A stretch of DNA of 64,000 nt from an uncultured Planctomycetota bacterium (GCA_963737655.1 CAVTTN010000002.1:2752001-2816000); one strand, 5' to 3'; counted from the stretch's first letter, positions 49,986 to 60,673 are shown. Numbers and translations: made by a program. The notes: generated by a model not told the origin, from the sequence alone.

Positions 49986-51715
49986 ATGACCCCAACCGCC
50001 GCAGCCAGCCTCTCCCTGGTGATCGCCTACCTCGTCGGCTCGATCCCGTTCGCCTACGTGGTGGTGAAGGCGGCGAAGGGGATCGACGTGCGGACGGTCG
50101 GCTCGGGGAACGTGGGCGCGACCAACGCGGGCCGCGTCCTGGGGCGTCGGGGGTTCGTCCTGGTCTTCCTCCTCGACTTCTCCAAGGGGCTGGTGCCGAC
50201 GGTCGCCCTCCCGCTCCTCGTGACGTGGGGGACGGGTCGGCCGGTGGCGGACCTGGGCGTCCTGATCGCCCTGGCGACGATCCTCGGCCACAATTTCCCG
50301 ATCTATCTCGGCTTTCGAGGAGGAAAAGGCGTGGCGACGAGCCTCGGGGCCGTCTTCGGCCTGGACTGGGCGGCCAGCCTGGTGGCGACCCTGGCCTTCG
50401 GCGTGACCCTCCGCGCCAGCCGATACGTCTCGCTGTCGTCGATGGTCGGCGCCCTGGCGTTCGTGGTCGCGCATCTCGGCTGGGTGCTCGTCGTCGAGAG
50501 GAAGAACCCGTTCGACCGCGCCCACGCCGCGTTGAGCGGCCTCTCGCTGGTCCTTCTCGCGATGCTCCTCTTCCGTCACCGCGCGAACTGGGCGAGGATT
50601 CGCGATGGGACCGAGCCGAAGGTGTCGAGGACGAGGCGATCGGCGCCGTCGGGCAAGGCGGCGATCCTCGTCGTGGCCGCAATCGTCGCGGGGGGCTCGG
50701 CGCCCTGATGGTCCTTCGGATCGCGAGGGCCGCGACGCTCGATTGCGGGTCGTTCTCGCTGGTGGATCTCGGCCGGGTGAAGACGAGCCATCAGAGGGCC
50801 GACCGCGTGGCGTTCGCCGACTCCGGCCGGCTCCTCGCCGTGACGTGCCCCCGCTACGACCGGCTGATGATCTATCGAGTGACCGAGTCGCCGGCCCTGG
50901 AGCCGGCCCGCGACGTCGAGCTCGGCGGCCAGCCCGTGGCGGTTTGCGCGGCCCGCGATCGGTTCCTCGTGCTGACCCGGCCCACCGGCGACCTCCGCCA
51001 CGTCCAGAAGGGTTCGATTCGCTCGATCGGCTTCGACGGGCGGCCCCTGGCGGCTCCCATCGAGGTCGGATTCTATCCCGATGACCTGGCGATCGGCCCC
51101 GACGGCCGGTTCGCCTTCGCGATCTGCTCGGGACGGGCCGAAGGGGAGCCGGACCGGCCGCTCCCGTCGTTCGCGACGGTCGATCTGGCCGAAGGGCGGG
51201 TCGTGGCGAGCGTCGAGTTCGGCGGTTCGAAGGATGATCCGTGGCGGGTCTCGCTCTCGACGACCGGGCAGGCCGCGGCGGTCACGCTTCGGGGTTCCGA
51301 CGTGGTCGCGGCCGTCGATCTGAGCGACCCTCGGGCCCCTCGCCTGATCGGGCGGACCCCGCTCTCGGCTCGCGAGGTGCCGTATCCCTCGATCGACGGG
51401 CCAGACTGGCTGATGATGCCGGTGGCGAACGATCGCGAGGCGGTCCTGATGCCGTCACCGGGCACGGACGGGCCGTTCGATCCGGTCCGCGGCCTCGTCG
51501 TCTCCACGTTGCCCGACGATTCGGGCCTGGACGTGGTCGAGGTCGCCAGCGGAACAAAACTCGGCCGATTGCCGCTCCGAGGGACGGCCAACCTCGGGGA
51601 AGTCCGGCCGATGGGGATCGCCGGCTCGCCCGATCGCGGCTTGCTGGCCGTGGCCACGCGCTCGGGATCGGTCCACCTCGTGGCGATCCGAACGAAGGGG
51701 GCGCCGTCGCGATGA
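49986..51715 (+). CDS. plsY: Glycerol-3-phosphate acyltransferase PlsY, probably fused to a beta-propeller domain (frameshift near 50695)
   Basis: YLVGSIP, GSGNVGATN, GHNFP, GGKGVAT, HRANW.RI..GTE; adding one G to the G-run gives AGGLGALMV and continues into a YVTN/YncE-like domain. Confidence 0.82.
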
Positions 51716-51804
51716 TCCGGGCGGTGTTGTCGTCGGCCGGTCGGGTCGGTTAGGCTCGGGTCCGCGATCCGACGCCCTCCGCACCTCACGATCGGTCGTT
51801 CGGC

Positions 51805-52398
51805 ATGGCCGCTCTCGACTCCTCGCCGCGATTCTGCCCCCGGTGCGTCCGGGCCCGGCCCGATGGTTCGATCCTCTGCGCCGAGTGCGGCGAGGCGCTC
51901 GTCGATCGGGGGTTCTGCGGGGTCTGCGATCGGTTCTGGAACCTGCGGATCGGCGACGCCTGCCCGAAGCATGAGGTCTCGCTGGACGACGGCCCGCCCC
52001 CGTCGCTGGCGGAACGTCTCGAAGGAGACTTCACCGACTGGGCCTCGGTGGCCGCGTACCCGCACCCGATGGCCGCCGAGGGCGCGAGGATTCGCCTGGA
52101 GGCCGAGGGCATCCCCACGTTCGTCGAAGGGGCGAGGATGGGCGAGCACGGCCTGTATCAACTCGCCACCGGGGGCGTCCGCCTCCAGGTCCCCCGAGAC
52201 CTCGCCGCCGAAGCCCGAATCCTCCTGGCCCAGAGCTGGGCCCCGATCGACGACGATCCCGACGACCTCGACGACGCCTTCGAGGACCTCGCCCCCGAGC
52301 CCGGGGCGAGGCGCCGGGCGATCATGCGAGGACTGATCCTCGTCTTCCTGTTGCTGCCGCTGTTCTCTGCGTTCCTTGCCTGGCTCGGGGGGCGATGA
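51805..52398 (+). CDS. DUF2007-like protein with N-terminal zinc ribbons and C-terminal TM anchor
   Basis: CPRC, CAEC, CGVC, CPKH; RLEAEGIP, GGVRLQVP...AEAR.LL; hydrophobic C-terminus. Confidence 0.75.
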   Translation: MAALDSSPRFCPRCVRARPDGSILCAECGEALVDRGFCGVCDRFWNLRIGDACPKHEVSLDDGPPPSLAERLEGDFTDWASVAAYPHPMAAEGARIRLEAEGIPTFVEGARMGEHGLYQLATGGVRLQVPRDLAAEARILLAQSWAPIDDDPDDLDDAFEDLAPEPGARRRAIMRGLILVFLLLPLFSAFLAWLGGR

Positions 52399-52532
52399 AG
52401 GGCGGTCCGCCACGGCCGACCCCTCCGGTTCGCCAATTTCCGCCCCTCTCTGGGCAGCGGCCCAAAACCTGCTATCCTGGACGATCCCGGCCGCACCCGA
52501 GTTGCCGTCATCCAGGAAGGAGCCGTCGGCTC

Positions 52533-54094
52533 ATGGCCGATATCGTGCTGATCAATCCCCGGTTCGAGGTCTCGTACTGGGGGATGGAGAACGCCCTGCC
52601 CTTGATGGGCAAGCGGGCCAACCTGCCCGTCGCGTGCCTCCCCTTGCTCGCCGCCCTCACGCCCGAGGGACATACCGTCACGTTGATCGATGAGAACGTC
52701 GAGGCGATCGACTTCGAGCGCTGCGCCGGGCGGACCTCGTCGGCGTGACCGGGATGAGCGTCCAGAGGTTCCGGATGCGCGAGATCCTCGCCGAGCTGAA
52801 GGAACGCGGGGTCTTCACCGTCGTCGGCGGCCCCCTGGTGACGGTCCAGGAAGACTACTTCGAGGGCCTGGCCGACGTCATCTTCATCGGCGAGGCGGAG
52901 GAGACCTGGCCCCGCTTCCTCGGGGAATGGTCCCAGGGGTTGCATCAGTATCGGTATGAGCAAGTCGACAAGACGGACATGTCCCTCGTCCCCACCCCGC
53001 GGTTCGACCTCCTGAAGATGAGGCACTACGCCTTCGGGTCGCTCCAGTTCTCCCGGGGCTGCCCGTTCCAGTGCGAGTTCTGCGACATCATCGTCACGTT
53101 CGGCCGGAAGCCCCGGATCAAGACCTCGGCCCAGATCCTCAAGGAGCTGGACGCGATCCTGGCGCAAAAGATGAAGATCGCATTCGTGGTCGATGACAAC
53201 CTGATCGGCAACAAGAGGGCGATCAAGGAAGTCCTGAAGGACGTGATCGCCTGGCAGCAATCCACGGGATACCGGCTCACCCTGTTCACCGAGGCGTCGA
53301 TCGACCTGGCCGACGACCCCGAGCTGATGGATTTGATGGTCGATGCGAACATCGTGGGCGTCTTCATCGGGATCGAGAGCCCCAACGAGGAATCGCTCCG
53401 GGAGACGAAGAAGTTCCAGAACGTCCGCCAGGGCGGCACGCTCGTCGAGAAGGTCCGCCGGATCCAGGACGCCGGGATGGAAGTCTGGTGCGGGATGATC
53501 ATCGGCTTCGACAACGACGACGGCTCGATCTTCGAGGCCCAGAAGCAATTCCTGAGGGATTCGCGGATCGCGCTGTCCATGACCGGCATGCTCTACGCGA
53601 TCCCCAAGACGCCTCTTCACGCCCGGCTCGCCGAGGAAGGGCGGCTGGACTTCGCCGACGTCCCCGAGTTCGGCACGAACGTGATCCCCTTGAAGATCGG
53701 CCGGGAGGAGCTTCGCGAGGGATATATCGACGTGATGAATAGCCTCTACGAGCCCGACGCCTTCTTCGAACGGCTCGAAGACCTGTTCCTCGACGGCAAC
53801 CTCCTCGTCGGCCGAGGGCGGGCCCGGTGGTGGAAGAGCCACCGATGGGCGCAGGTCAAGACCGAAGGCATGTGGCTCGGCCAGGCCATCGGGCTGTTCT
53901 ACCGCCTGATGACGATGGTCCCGGAGGCGTCGCTCCGTCGCGAGTACCGCAAGAGGCTCTGGAGGCTCCTCAAGAAGAGGCAGAACCCCGGGGTCGTCCT
54001 CCTCTACGTGATCCACATGGCCCAGCACTACCACGCCCACTCGATGGCCCGCGGGATGGTCTCGGGCCGGTCGCCGGTCTACAACTCGTGGTGA
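52533..54094 (+). CDS. B12-binding radical SAM protein (DUF4070/HpnP-like family), frameshift near 52725
   Basis: B12 domain (DENV, TGMSVQ, VGGP, GEAE), SRGCPFQCEFCD, DDNLIGN, GIES, GFDND. Confidence 0.9.
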
Positions 54095-54154
54095 TCGGCC
54101 CGGACGATTGACCGGGGAGCCGGGACCGCCGATGATGGATGCCATCGCCCTATC

Positions 54155-56002
54155 ATGGACTCCTGGAGATCGGCGATGTTCGGGCTGATCCTCGCCGTGT
54201 TGCTTTCGGATGCACCCACTCCCTCGGCCATCCTGGACGAATATCGCGCGGCCGACCTCCACGCCGGCGCCTCGGCCGGAGACCGCGTGATCCTGGCCCT
54301 CTGGTGCGAGGAGCACGGGCTGCCCGCCGGACGTCGCGAGCAGTTGGAAAAGGCCCTGGCCATCGACCCCGACGACCGGGCCGCCCGGGGGCTCCTGGGG
54401 TTCGTCCGCGACGGCGACCGCTGGGTCTCCCGGGACGAGGCGGGCGAGAAACTCCGATCCGACTCGTCTCTGGCGAAGGCCCTGGCGGATTACAACACCT
54501 TCCGCGACGGCGCCCGGGGCACCGTGGCCGACCAGTGGCGGCTGGCGCTCTGGTGCGAGGCGAACGGATTGCCCGCCGAGGCGCTCGCCCACTTCACGGT
54601 GGTCACCCGGCTCGACCCGGAGCATGCCGGCGCGTGGAGACGGCTCGGGTGCCGGAAGGTCCGCGGCCGGTGGATGAACGAGGATCAGATCGCCGCCGAG
54701 AAGGCCGAGAAGACCACCCAGGCCGCCGCCGACCGGCGATGGAACCCCTGGCTGGTCCAGTGGGACCGCTGGCTCTCCCGGGGAGGCGCCACGAAGGAAG
54801 CCACCCGGGCGCTCGACCCGGTGGACGACCCCCGAGCCGTCCCGTCGATCCGCCGGGTCTTCGGCCAGGGGGCTTCGTGGGAGCAGGCGTGGGCCGTCCG
54901 CCTGTTCGGGCACGTCAAGGCCCCGGCGGCCTCCCAGGAGCTCGCGGCCCTCGCCGTGGAAAGCCGGAGCGAGCGGGTCCGGGACTCGGCCCTCGTCCGG
55001 CTCGACGGCCGCGACCCCCGCGAGTTCGTCGGCCTCCTGATCAACCGGCTCCGCGACCCGATCCGCGTCCAGACCGGCCCCCCGCGAGGCCCGGACGGCC
55101 TGGTCAGCCTCGTGATCGAGACCCGAACGGCGATCGTCGAACGGGATTACGAAATCCCACCCCCCCTTCGGCCCATGTACGGCGCGGCCTCGGCGGGCGG
55201 TCGGCTCCAGGTCGACCAGGACGCCCTCCTCCGCCAGAAGAGGGAAGACCGGCTCGCCGCCCGCCAGAAGATCGCCCGCGACCTGGCCGATCTCGAAGCC
55301 CGGAACGCCGAGATCGTCGAGTCGAATCGGAGGGTCGTCCGCGTCCTGGCCCAGGCGACCGGCCGCGACCTCGGGCCCGATCGGGAGACGTGGGCGAGGT
55401 CGTGGTCGAACGACCTGGGATATTCTTATGAATCGCCCCAGCTCCAGCCCAGGCCGACGATCGTGACCACGGTCCAGGCGGTGGCCGCACGCCCCGTGCC
55501 GATGGTCGCCATGATGCCCCCCTCGCCGATCGCCCGCCACCGGAGCTGTTTCGCCGCCGGAACGCCCGTCCACACCCGCAACGGAGCTCGGCCGATCGAG
55601 GACTTGAAGATCGGCGACGAGGTGCTCAGCCAGAATACCACGACCGGCGAGGTCGCCTTCCGACCGATCGTCGTGACCTTCCACAACCCGCCGACGAGTA
55701 CCCTCCGCCTGGTCCTGGACGGCGAATCGATCACCACCACCGGCGTTCATCGCGTCTGGAAGGCCGGTCAGGGCTGGACGATGGCCCGGGACCTGAAACC
55801 CGGCGACCCGATCCGCCTGATCGACGGCCGAGGCCGAGTGGCGGACGTCGTCCCGGACGACGTCCAGCCCGTCTTCAACCTGGAAGTCGCCGGCAATTCC
55901 GACTTCTTCGTCGGGAAGTCCGGCGTGCTGGTCCACGACAACACGCTCGTGGCTCCGATCGCTCGCCCGTTCGATTCGGCGGCTTCGCGGATCGGAGATT
56001 GA
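54155..56002 (+). CDS. Secreted helical-repeat protein with C-terminal PT-HINT domain
   Basis: Signal peptide; duplicated LALWCE..GL units; SCFAAGTPV, PIEDLKIGDEV, TTGVH, W..A.DL..GD, VFNLEV, VLVHDN. Confidence 0.88.
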   Translation: MDSWRSAMFGLILAVLLSDAPTPSAILDEYRAADLHAGASAGDRVILALWCEEHGLPAGRREQLEKALAIDPDDRAARGLLGFVRDGDRWVSRDEAGEKLRSDSSLAKALADYNTFRDGARGTVADQWRLALWCEANGLPAEALAHFTVVTRLDPEHAGAWRRLGCRKVRGRWMNEDQIAAEKAEKTTQAAADRRWNPWLVQWDRWLSRGGATKEATRALDPVDDPRAVPSIRRVFGQGASWEQAWAVRLFGHVKAPAASQELAALAVESRSERVRDSALVRLDGRDPREFVGLLINRLRDPIRVQTGPPRGPDGLVSLVIETRTAIVERDYEIPPPLRPMYGAASAGGRLQVDQDALLRQKREDRLAARQKIARDLADLEARNAEIVESNRRVVRVLAQATGRDLGPDRETWARSWSNDLGYSYESPQLQPRPTIVTTVQAVAARPVPMVAMMPPSPIARHRSCFAAGTPVHTRNGARPIEDLKIGDEVLSQNTTTGEVAFRPIVVTFHNPPTSTLRLVLDGESITTTGVHRVWKAGQGWTMARDLKPGDPIRLIDGRGRVADVVPDDVQPVFNLEVAGNSDFFVGKSGVLVHDNTLVAPIARPFDSAASRIGD

Positions 56003-56193
56003 ACCGCCAAGACGCCAAGTCCGCCAAGGAAGACGCAGAGAAGAAAAGATCATGAATTAATAAATTCATAAATTTACAAATTTTTGATTTTTCTCCTTTT
56101 CTCTCCTCTTCTCCTCGCCTCTCTTCTCCTCTCCTCTCTTCTCTTCCCCGCGTCTTCCTTGGCGAACTTGGCGTCTTGGCGGTTCAATCTCCG
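55993..56193. repeat. 44-bp inverted repeat element (AACCGCCAAGACGCCAAG type) with AT-rich and pyrimidine-rich spacer
   Basis: 55993-56036 is the reverse complement of 56150-56193 with one mismatch. Confidence 0.9.
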
Positions 56194-57449
56194 GGTTCGG
56201 CCCTCTTGGTCACGGCCAGGAGGAACGTGGGGTTGACGGCCTGGAACCGGACCCGTTCCATCTGCTCGATCCCCCGGCAGACGGCGATATTCCACAGCGC
56301 GACCTCGCCCGCGAGTTCCTTCAAGGTCTTGTGGGCCGAGGCGAGGCTGTCGATCGCCGTGACGTTCACGGCCAATCGGCCTCCGGGCGCGAGCCGGTGA
56401 TACGCGGCGATCAGGACGGGCTCGACCTGACGCCCGGTCCCGCCGACGAACACGGCGTCGGGCTCGGGCAGGTCGGCGAGGGCCTCGGGGGCGCGGCCCG
56501 GGACGGCCTTCACGTTCGGCACGCCGAACGATTCGGTGTTGGCGGCGATCAGGGCGAGGTCGCCCGGGTCGGGTTCGATCGCATAGACCGTCCCCTGGCT
56601 GGCCAGCTGCGCCGCCTCGATCGAGACCGAGCCGCAGCCGGCGCCGATGTCCCAGACGATGCTGGTGGGCCTCACATCCAGTTGCGCCAGGGCGATGCAG
56701 CGCACCTCGGCCTGGGTGATGAGCTCGCGTTTCGGCTGGCTCTGGGCGAAGACTTCATCCGGGTTGCCGAACAGGCGATAACGGCTCTTGACGGCCGCGC
56801 GGTCCGGCCGGTTCGGCTTGCGGACGAGGATCAGGACGTTCAGCGGGTCGAATTCCATCTCGGCGAGGTCGGCGAGCTCGGCCTGCGTGACCCGTTCGTC
56901 GGGCTGGCCGAGGTGCTCGCAGACGTAAGCCCGGAAATAGTCGATCCCCTGCCCCAGCAGGGCCCTTGCCAGACGGCTCGGCGGCTGGTCGTCGCTCGAA
57001 AACAGGCCGACTTTTTCGGCCGTGCGGATCCGGTCGATCACGGCCTCGATCGGGCGGCCGGCGAGGCTGGTCAGATACGCGTCTTCCCAGCTCTCCTTCA
57101 CGCGGGCGAAGGCGAGCTGCATGCTGGAGACGTGGGGGACGACTTCGAAATGGTCCTTGCCCAGCCGATCGCCCAGGTAGCGGGCCACGCCATAAAACAA
57201 CGGGTCGCCGTAATTAACCAGGACCGGCCGGCGACTGGATTCGAGGGCCTCGCGGACCTGCTTGAGGGCGGCGGTCATGTCCGGTTCGAGCGCGACTTTC
57301 CGCGCGGGTACGTCGTCCAGGAGCCGCAACGAGGCTTCGGCGCCGAGGACCAAGTCCGCCTCGCGGACGATCCTCCGGGCCGCCTCGGTCAGGCCGTTCA
57401 GCCCATCATCGCCGATCCCCACGATCACCAATTTCGCCCGATCGCCCAC
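56184..57449 (-). CDS. cbiE: Bifunctional precorrin-6Y C5,15-methyltransferase (CbiE-CbiT / CobL)
   Basis: VGIGDDG, GDPLFYG, PHVSSMQLAFAR, EVR, WDIGAGCGSVSIE, PDAVFVGG. Confidence 0.92.
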   Translation of the reverse strand: MGDRAKLVIVGIGDDGLNGLTEAARRIVREADLVLGAEASLRLLDDVPARKVALEPDMTAALKQVREALESSRRPVLVNYGDPLFYGVARYLGDRLGKDHFEVVPHVSSMQLAFARVKESWEDAYLTSLAGRPIEAVIDRIRTAEKVGLFSSDDQPPSRLARALLGQGIDYFRAYVCEHLGQPDERVTQAELADLAEMEFDPLNVLILVRKPNRPDRAAVKSRYRLFGNPDEVFAQSQPKRELITQAEVRCIALAQLDVRPTSIVWDIGAGCGSVSIEAAQLASQGTVYAIEPDPGDLALIAANTESFGVPNVKAVPGRAPEALADLPEPDAVFVGGTGRQVEPVLIAAYHRLAPGGRLAVNVTAIDSLASAHKTLKELAGEVALWNIAVCRGIEQMERVRFQAVNPTFLLAVTKRAEPGD

Positions 57450-57581
57450 GGTCGTCTCGCCCCGGGTGGAGAGGTCTGGAAGGGAACGGCCAGTATACGG
57501 CGGGGGCCTCCGGCGATCACCCCCGGCGCGTCGGTTTATGATAGTCTGGCATCAGATCCGGCAGGAGGAGCCCGACCGATC

Positions 57582-57938
57582 ATGATCACGGTTCGCCGGC
57601 GGTCGACGTTCTGGGGAAGTTGCGACGTCCTCGCGTTCGGGGTGGTGCTCCTTTTCGCCCTCGCGTTCCTCAGCCCCTGCCACGACCCCGGATGCCGCCT
57701 GCGTCGCGCCTGGGTCGGCGACATGGCGGGGAGGGTGGCTCAGGAGAAGGCCCAACTGCGTCGGGCCCTCCGGGAAGGCTCGTGGCGCGAAGCCCGGCTG
57801 AGGGCCGCCGAGGTGCGTCGCCTCGAAGGCCGCCCGGAAATCCTCCGGAGAAGCGAGGCCGACGCCCGCCGCCTCTGCCGATCGACCCGGCTGCCGGATT
57901 TCCAGGGCCTTTGCTTCTGGCGGGTCTGGTGCGAGTGA
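57582..57938 (+). CDS. Hypothetical protein with one TM segment
   Basis: AGGAG upstream of ATG; hydrophobic stretch then Arg-rich helix; fills an intergenic gap. Confidence 0.4.
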   Translation: MITVRRRSTFWGSCDVLAFGVVLLFALAFLSPCHDPGCRLRRAWVGDMAGRVAQEKAQLRRALREGSWREARLRAAEVRRLEGRPEILRRSEADARRLCRSTRLPDFQGLCFWRVWCE

Positions 57939-57965
57939 ACGGAGCCCCGAGGAAGGCTCCGCTCA

Positions 57966-58775
57966 TCAACTGCTCGCGCTGCGATACGACCTCAGCGCCC
58001 TCTGGAAGAACTTCCGGCCGCACCAGGTCATCACGGCCGTTGCCGCCAGGGTGAACGCGACCATCCGCCAGTCCAGGGCCTTGACCATCACCTGCGCCGG
58101 GACGTTCGCCACCAGGAGGATCGGCACGACGTAGGTGAAGAACCGGCCCGCCGGCTCGGCCCACGTCCCCGTGAAGATCTCCTTGGGATACCTCGCCAGG
58201 CTGGAGAACAGCCACCACATCTCCATCAGCCCCTGGTTGCGGACCATCCAGACCGACAGCGACGTCAGCATCAACATGAAGCTGTACGCGATCAGGACCC
58301 CGCAGGTGAACATCGCGAAGAACGCCGCGATTCGGACCGGGTCGAAGTGCCAGGGCATCTGCGTGAGCGCCAGGACCATCACGACGGCACCCATCAAGAC
58401 GTTCGGCGCCGTGGACCAATCGATCCGCCTCATCGAGATCAGGAATTGCTCGTCGATCGGCCGGAGGAGGAGGAAATCGAGGTCCCCGGTGCGGATCAGC
58501 TCGGCGAAGCCGTCGCAATTCTCCAGGAAGAGCGTCTCGATTATCCCGTTCAGGGCGAAGTAGCAGCCGACGAAGAACAGGTATTGCGGCTCGTCCCAGC
58601 CGGCGATCGTCGAGGTCCGCCCGAAGACGGTCCGGTAGAACGCCAGCAAGATCCCGAGCCAGATGACCTCCACCGAGACCTTGGCGAGGAAGTTCCCCCG
58701 GAAGGCGAGCTCGCGGGCCAGGGTGTATCGGCCCATCGCCCCGAGGAGCCGGACGTAGCGGATCGTCGCACTCAT
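57966..58775 (-). CDS. ABC-2 family permease (DUF990 type)
   Basis: FRGNF, IAGW, IRTGDLDFLLLRPID, RYPKEIF, YRSASS terminus. Confidence 0.9.
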   Translation of the reverse strand: MSATIRYVRLLGAMGRYTLARELAFRGNFLAKVSVEVIWLGILLAFYRTVFGRTSTIAGWDEPQYLFFVGCYFALNGIIETLFLENCDGFAELIRTGDLDFLLLRPIDEQFLISMRRIDWSTAPNVLMGAVVMVLALTQMPWHFDPVRIAAFFAMFTCGVLIAYSFMLMLTSLSVWMVRNQGLMEMWWLFSSLARYPKEIFTGTWAEPAGRFFTYVVPILLVANVPAQVMVKALDWRMVAFTLAATAVMTWCGRKFFQRALRSYRSASS

Positions 58776-58787
58776 CTCGATCGGCCC

Positions 58788-59691
58788 TCAGCCCCCGAAG
58801 GCGCTATATTGCTTCAGGCCCCGGCGGTACAGCCACCGGGCCAGGACCACGAAGAACACCGCCCAGGCGGCCTCCTTGAGCAGCTCCTCGACCAGGGCCG
58901 CCCCCCGGATCTTCCCCAGGAACACGGCCGCCGGGAAGTACGCCATGTACTGGAACGGCAACCATCGGAGGATCGTGGACCACGGCCGAGGCAGGAGGTC
59001 CAGCGGGAACATGTGCCCCGACACGAAGAAATTCACCGTCATGACGATGTACAGGATCGACGTGACTTCCAAAAACCAGAAGCCCACCATGCCGACGCTC
59101 GCCTCGAAGAAGAACCCGACGACGAACGCCATCAGCAAGGACGCCGAGAACGCCAGCCAGGTCGTCACGTCGGTCGGCACGTGGCCGACGAAGTATCTTC
59201 GGCAGATGAGGAACAAAACCGCGTACGGCACGAACGACGAGATGATATACGTGATCTTGTGGGCGATCCGGTACGACACGAGATAGGCGACCATGTCCAC
59301 CGGCTGGAGCAGATATTTCTTGATCGAGCCCCTCGCGGATGTCCCGGGCGATCCCTCCGGCGAGGCCCGGCATGCTGGAGAACATCCGGCTGATGTTCAC
59401 CAGCAGGAGGTAGGCGATCATCTCGTCGAAGGTGAAGCCCGAGAGCCTCTTCTGGCCCGAGGCCGAGACCGAATCGGCCCGGGAGGAGGCGTAGATCGCC
59501 TGCCAGAGCAGGATGGTCGTGAGGATGGGAAGGAACCGGAGGAACGTGCTGAAGAGGAAGTCGGCGCGATAGGTCATCCGCTCGACGAGCGACGCGCGGA
59601 GGATCTTGGCGTACTTGCGGACGATCGTCGCGGTCGAGGGCCGGAACGCCGGCGCGACGGTTTCGGGGGTGAGGACGGCTTCAGGCGGCAT
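58788..59691 (-). CDS. ABC-2 family permease (DUF990 type), frameshift near 59328
   Basis: YRADF, DIREG-(S)IKKYLLQP, SGHMFPLDLLP, LPFQY, YSAFGG terminus. Confidence 0.88.
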
Positions 59692-60673
59692 CGTGGGCGT
59701 CCTTCCCCTCCTGGAAAACCCGGGCGATCACCCCTTCGAGCGGGGGGTCCTGCACCGAGACATCGGTCACGGAATGGGCGTCGAGGATGGCGCCCAGGGC
59801 CTCGGCGATCCGGTCGCGATCGACCTTCAGGTCGGCCGTGAAGCCGTCCTGGCGGGTGACCTCGCCGAACCGTTCGAGGCCCTCCGGCACGCCGTCGGCG
59901 AACTCCAGTTTCACGAGCTTCGCGTCCCCGAACCGCTCGGTCAGGCCGGAGAGCTCGCCGTCATACACGAGCTTGCCGTGGGTGATCACCAGGACTCGCT
60001 GGCACAGGGCCTCCACGTCCCTCATGTAGTGGCTCGTCAGGAGCATCGTGACGCCCCGGCGGGCGTGGTACTCCTTCAGGCACTTCTGGATGGCCACCTG
60101 GGCGACGACATCGAGGCCGATCGTCGGTTCGTCCAGGAGCAACAGGCTCGGCTGGTGGAGGAGGGCCGCGATCAGCTCCATCTTCATCCGCTCGCCGAGC
60201 GAGAGCTCGCGGACGGCCTGCTTCGTCAGCTTCTCGACGCCGAGGAGCTCGGTGAGCTCGGTGAGCGTCCTGTTGAAGTCGGCGGCGGGGAGCGAATAGA
60301 TCTCCCGGTGGAGCTGGAAGCTGTCGGCGGCGGGAAGGTCCCACCACAACTGGTTCTTCTGGCCCATCACCAGGGCGAACTGGCGGCGGAAGGCGTCGCG
60401 ACGCTCCCACGGGACGAATCCGAGCACCTGGGCCGAGCCGGAGGTCGGATAGATCAGGCCGGAGAGCATCTTGAGCGTGGTCGTCTTCCCCGCGCCATTG
60501 GGGCCGAGGAACGCGACCATCTCCCCGGGCTCGATCGAGAACGTGACGCCATCGACGGCCTTCACGGTTTTGTAATCGCGCTTGTAGAGCCCTCGCAGCG
60601 CGCCGAGGAGTCCTTCCTTCTTCTGGAAGACCCGGTACGTCTTGGAGAGTCCCTCGGCCTCGATGATCGGCAT
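59681..60673 (-). CDS. ABC transporter ATP-binding protein
   Basis: [42 protein letters not shown]. Confidence 0.95.
   Translation of the reverse strand: MPIIEAEGLSKTYRVFQKKEGLLGALRGLYKRDYKTVKAVDGVTFSIEPGEMVAFLGPNGAGKTTTLKMLSGLIYPTSGSAQVLGFVPWERRDAFRRQFALVMGQKNQLWWDLPAADSFQLHREIYSLPAADFNRTLTELTELLGVEKLTKQAVRELSLGERMKMELIAALLHQPSLLLLDEPTIGLDVVAQVAIQKCLKEYHARRGVTMLLTSHYMRDVEALCQRVLVITHGKLVYDGELSGLTERFGDAKLVKLEFADGVPEGLERFGEVTRQDGFTADLKVDRDRIAEALGAILDAHSVTDVSVQDPPLEGVIARVFQEGKDAHDAA

Noticed and set aside
54155..56002. Classical polymorphic toxin or mobile intein
   Set aside because: No toxin domain, immunity gene or homing endonuclease; the Hint is terminal rather than inserted in a host protein
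52508..56053. 1181-aa minus-strand ORF and similar long ORFs (10152..12707, 15433..18363, 35926..38700, 10121..13069)
   Set aside because: Shadow or alternative frames of real genes; stop codons are rare in high-GC DNA and these show no domain motifs
57450..57580. Cobalamin riboswitch upstream of cbiE/T
   Set aside because: The gap is short and no B12-box consensus could be recognised by eye
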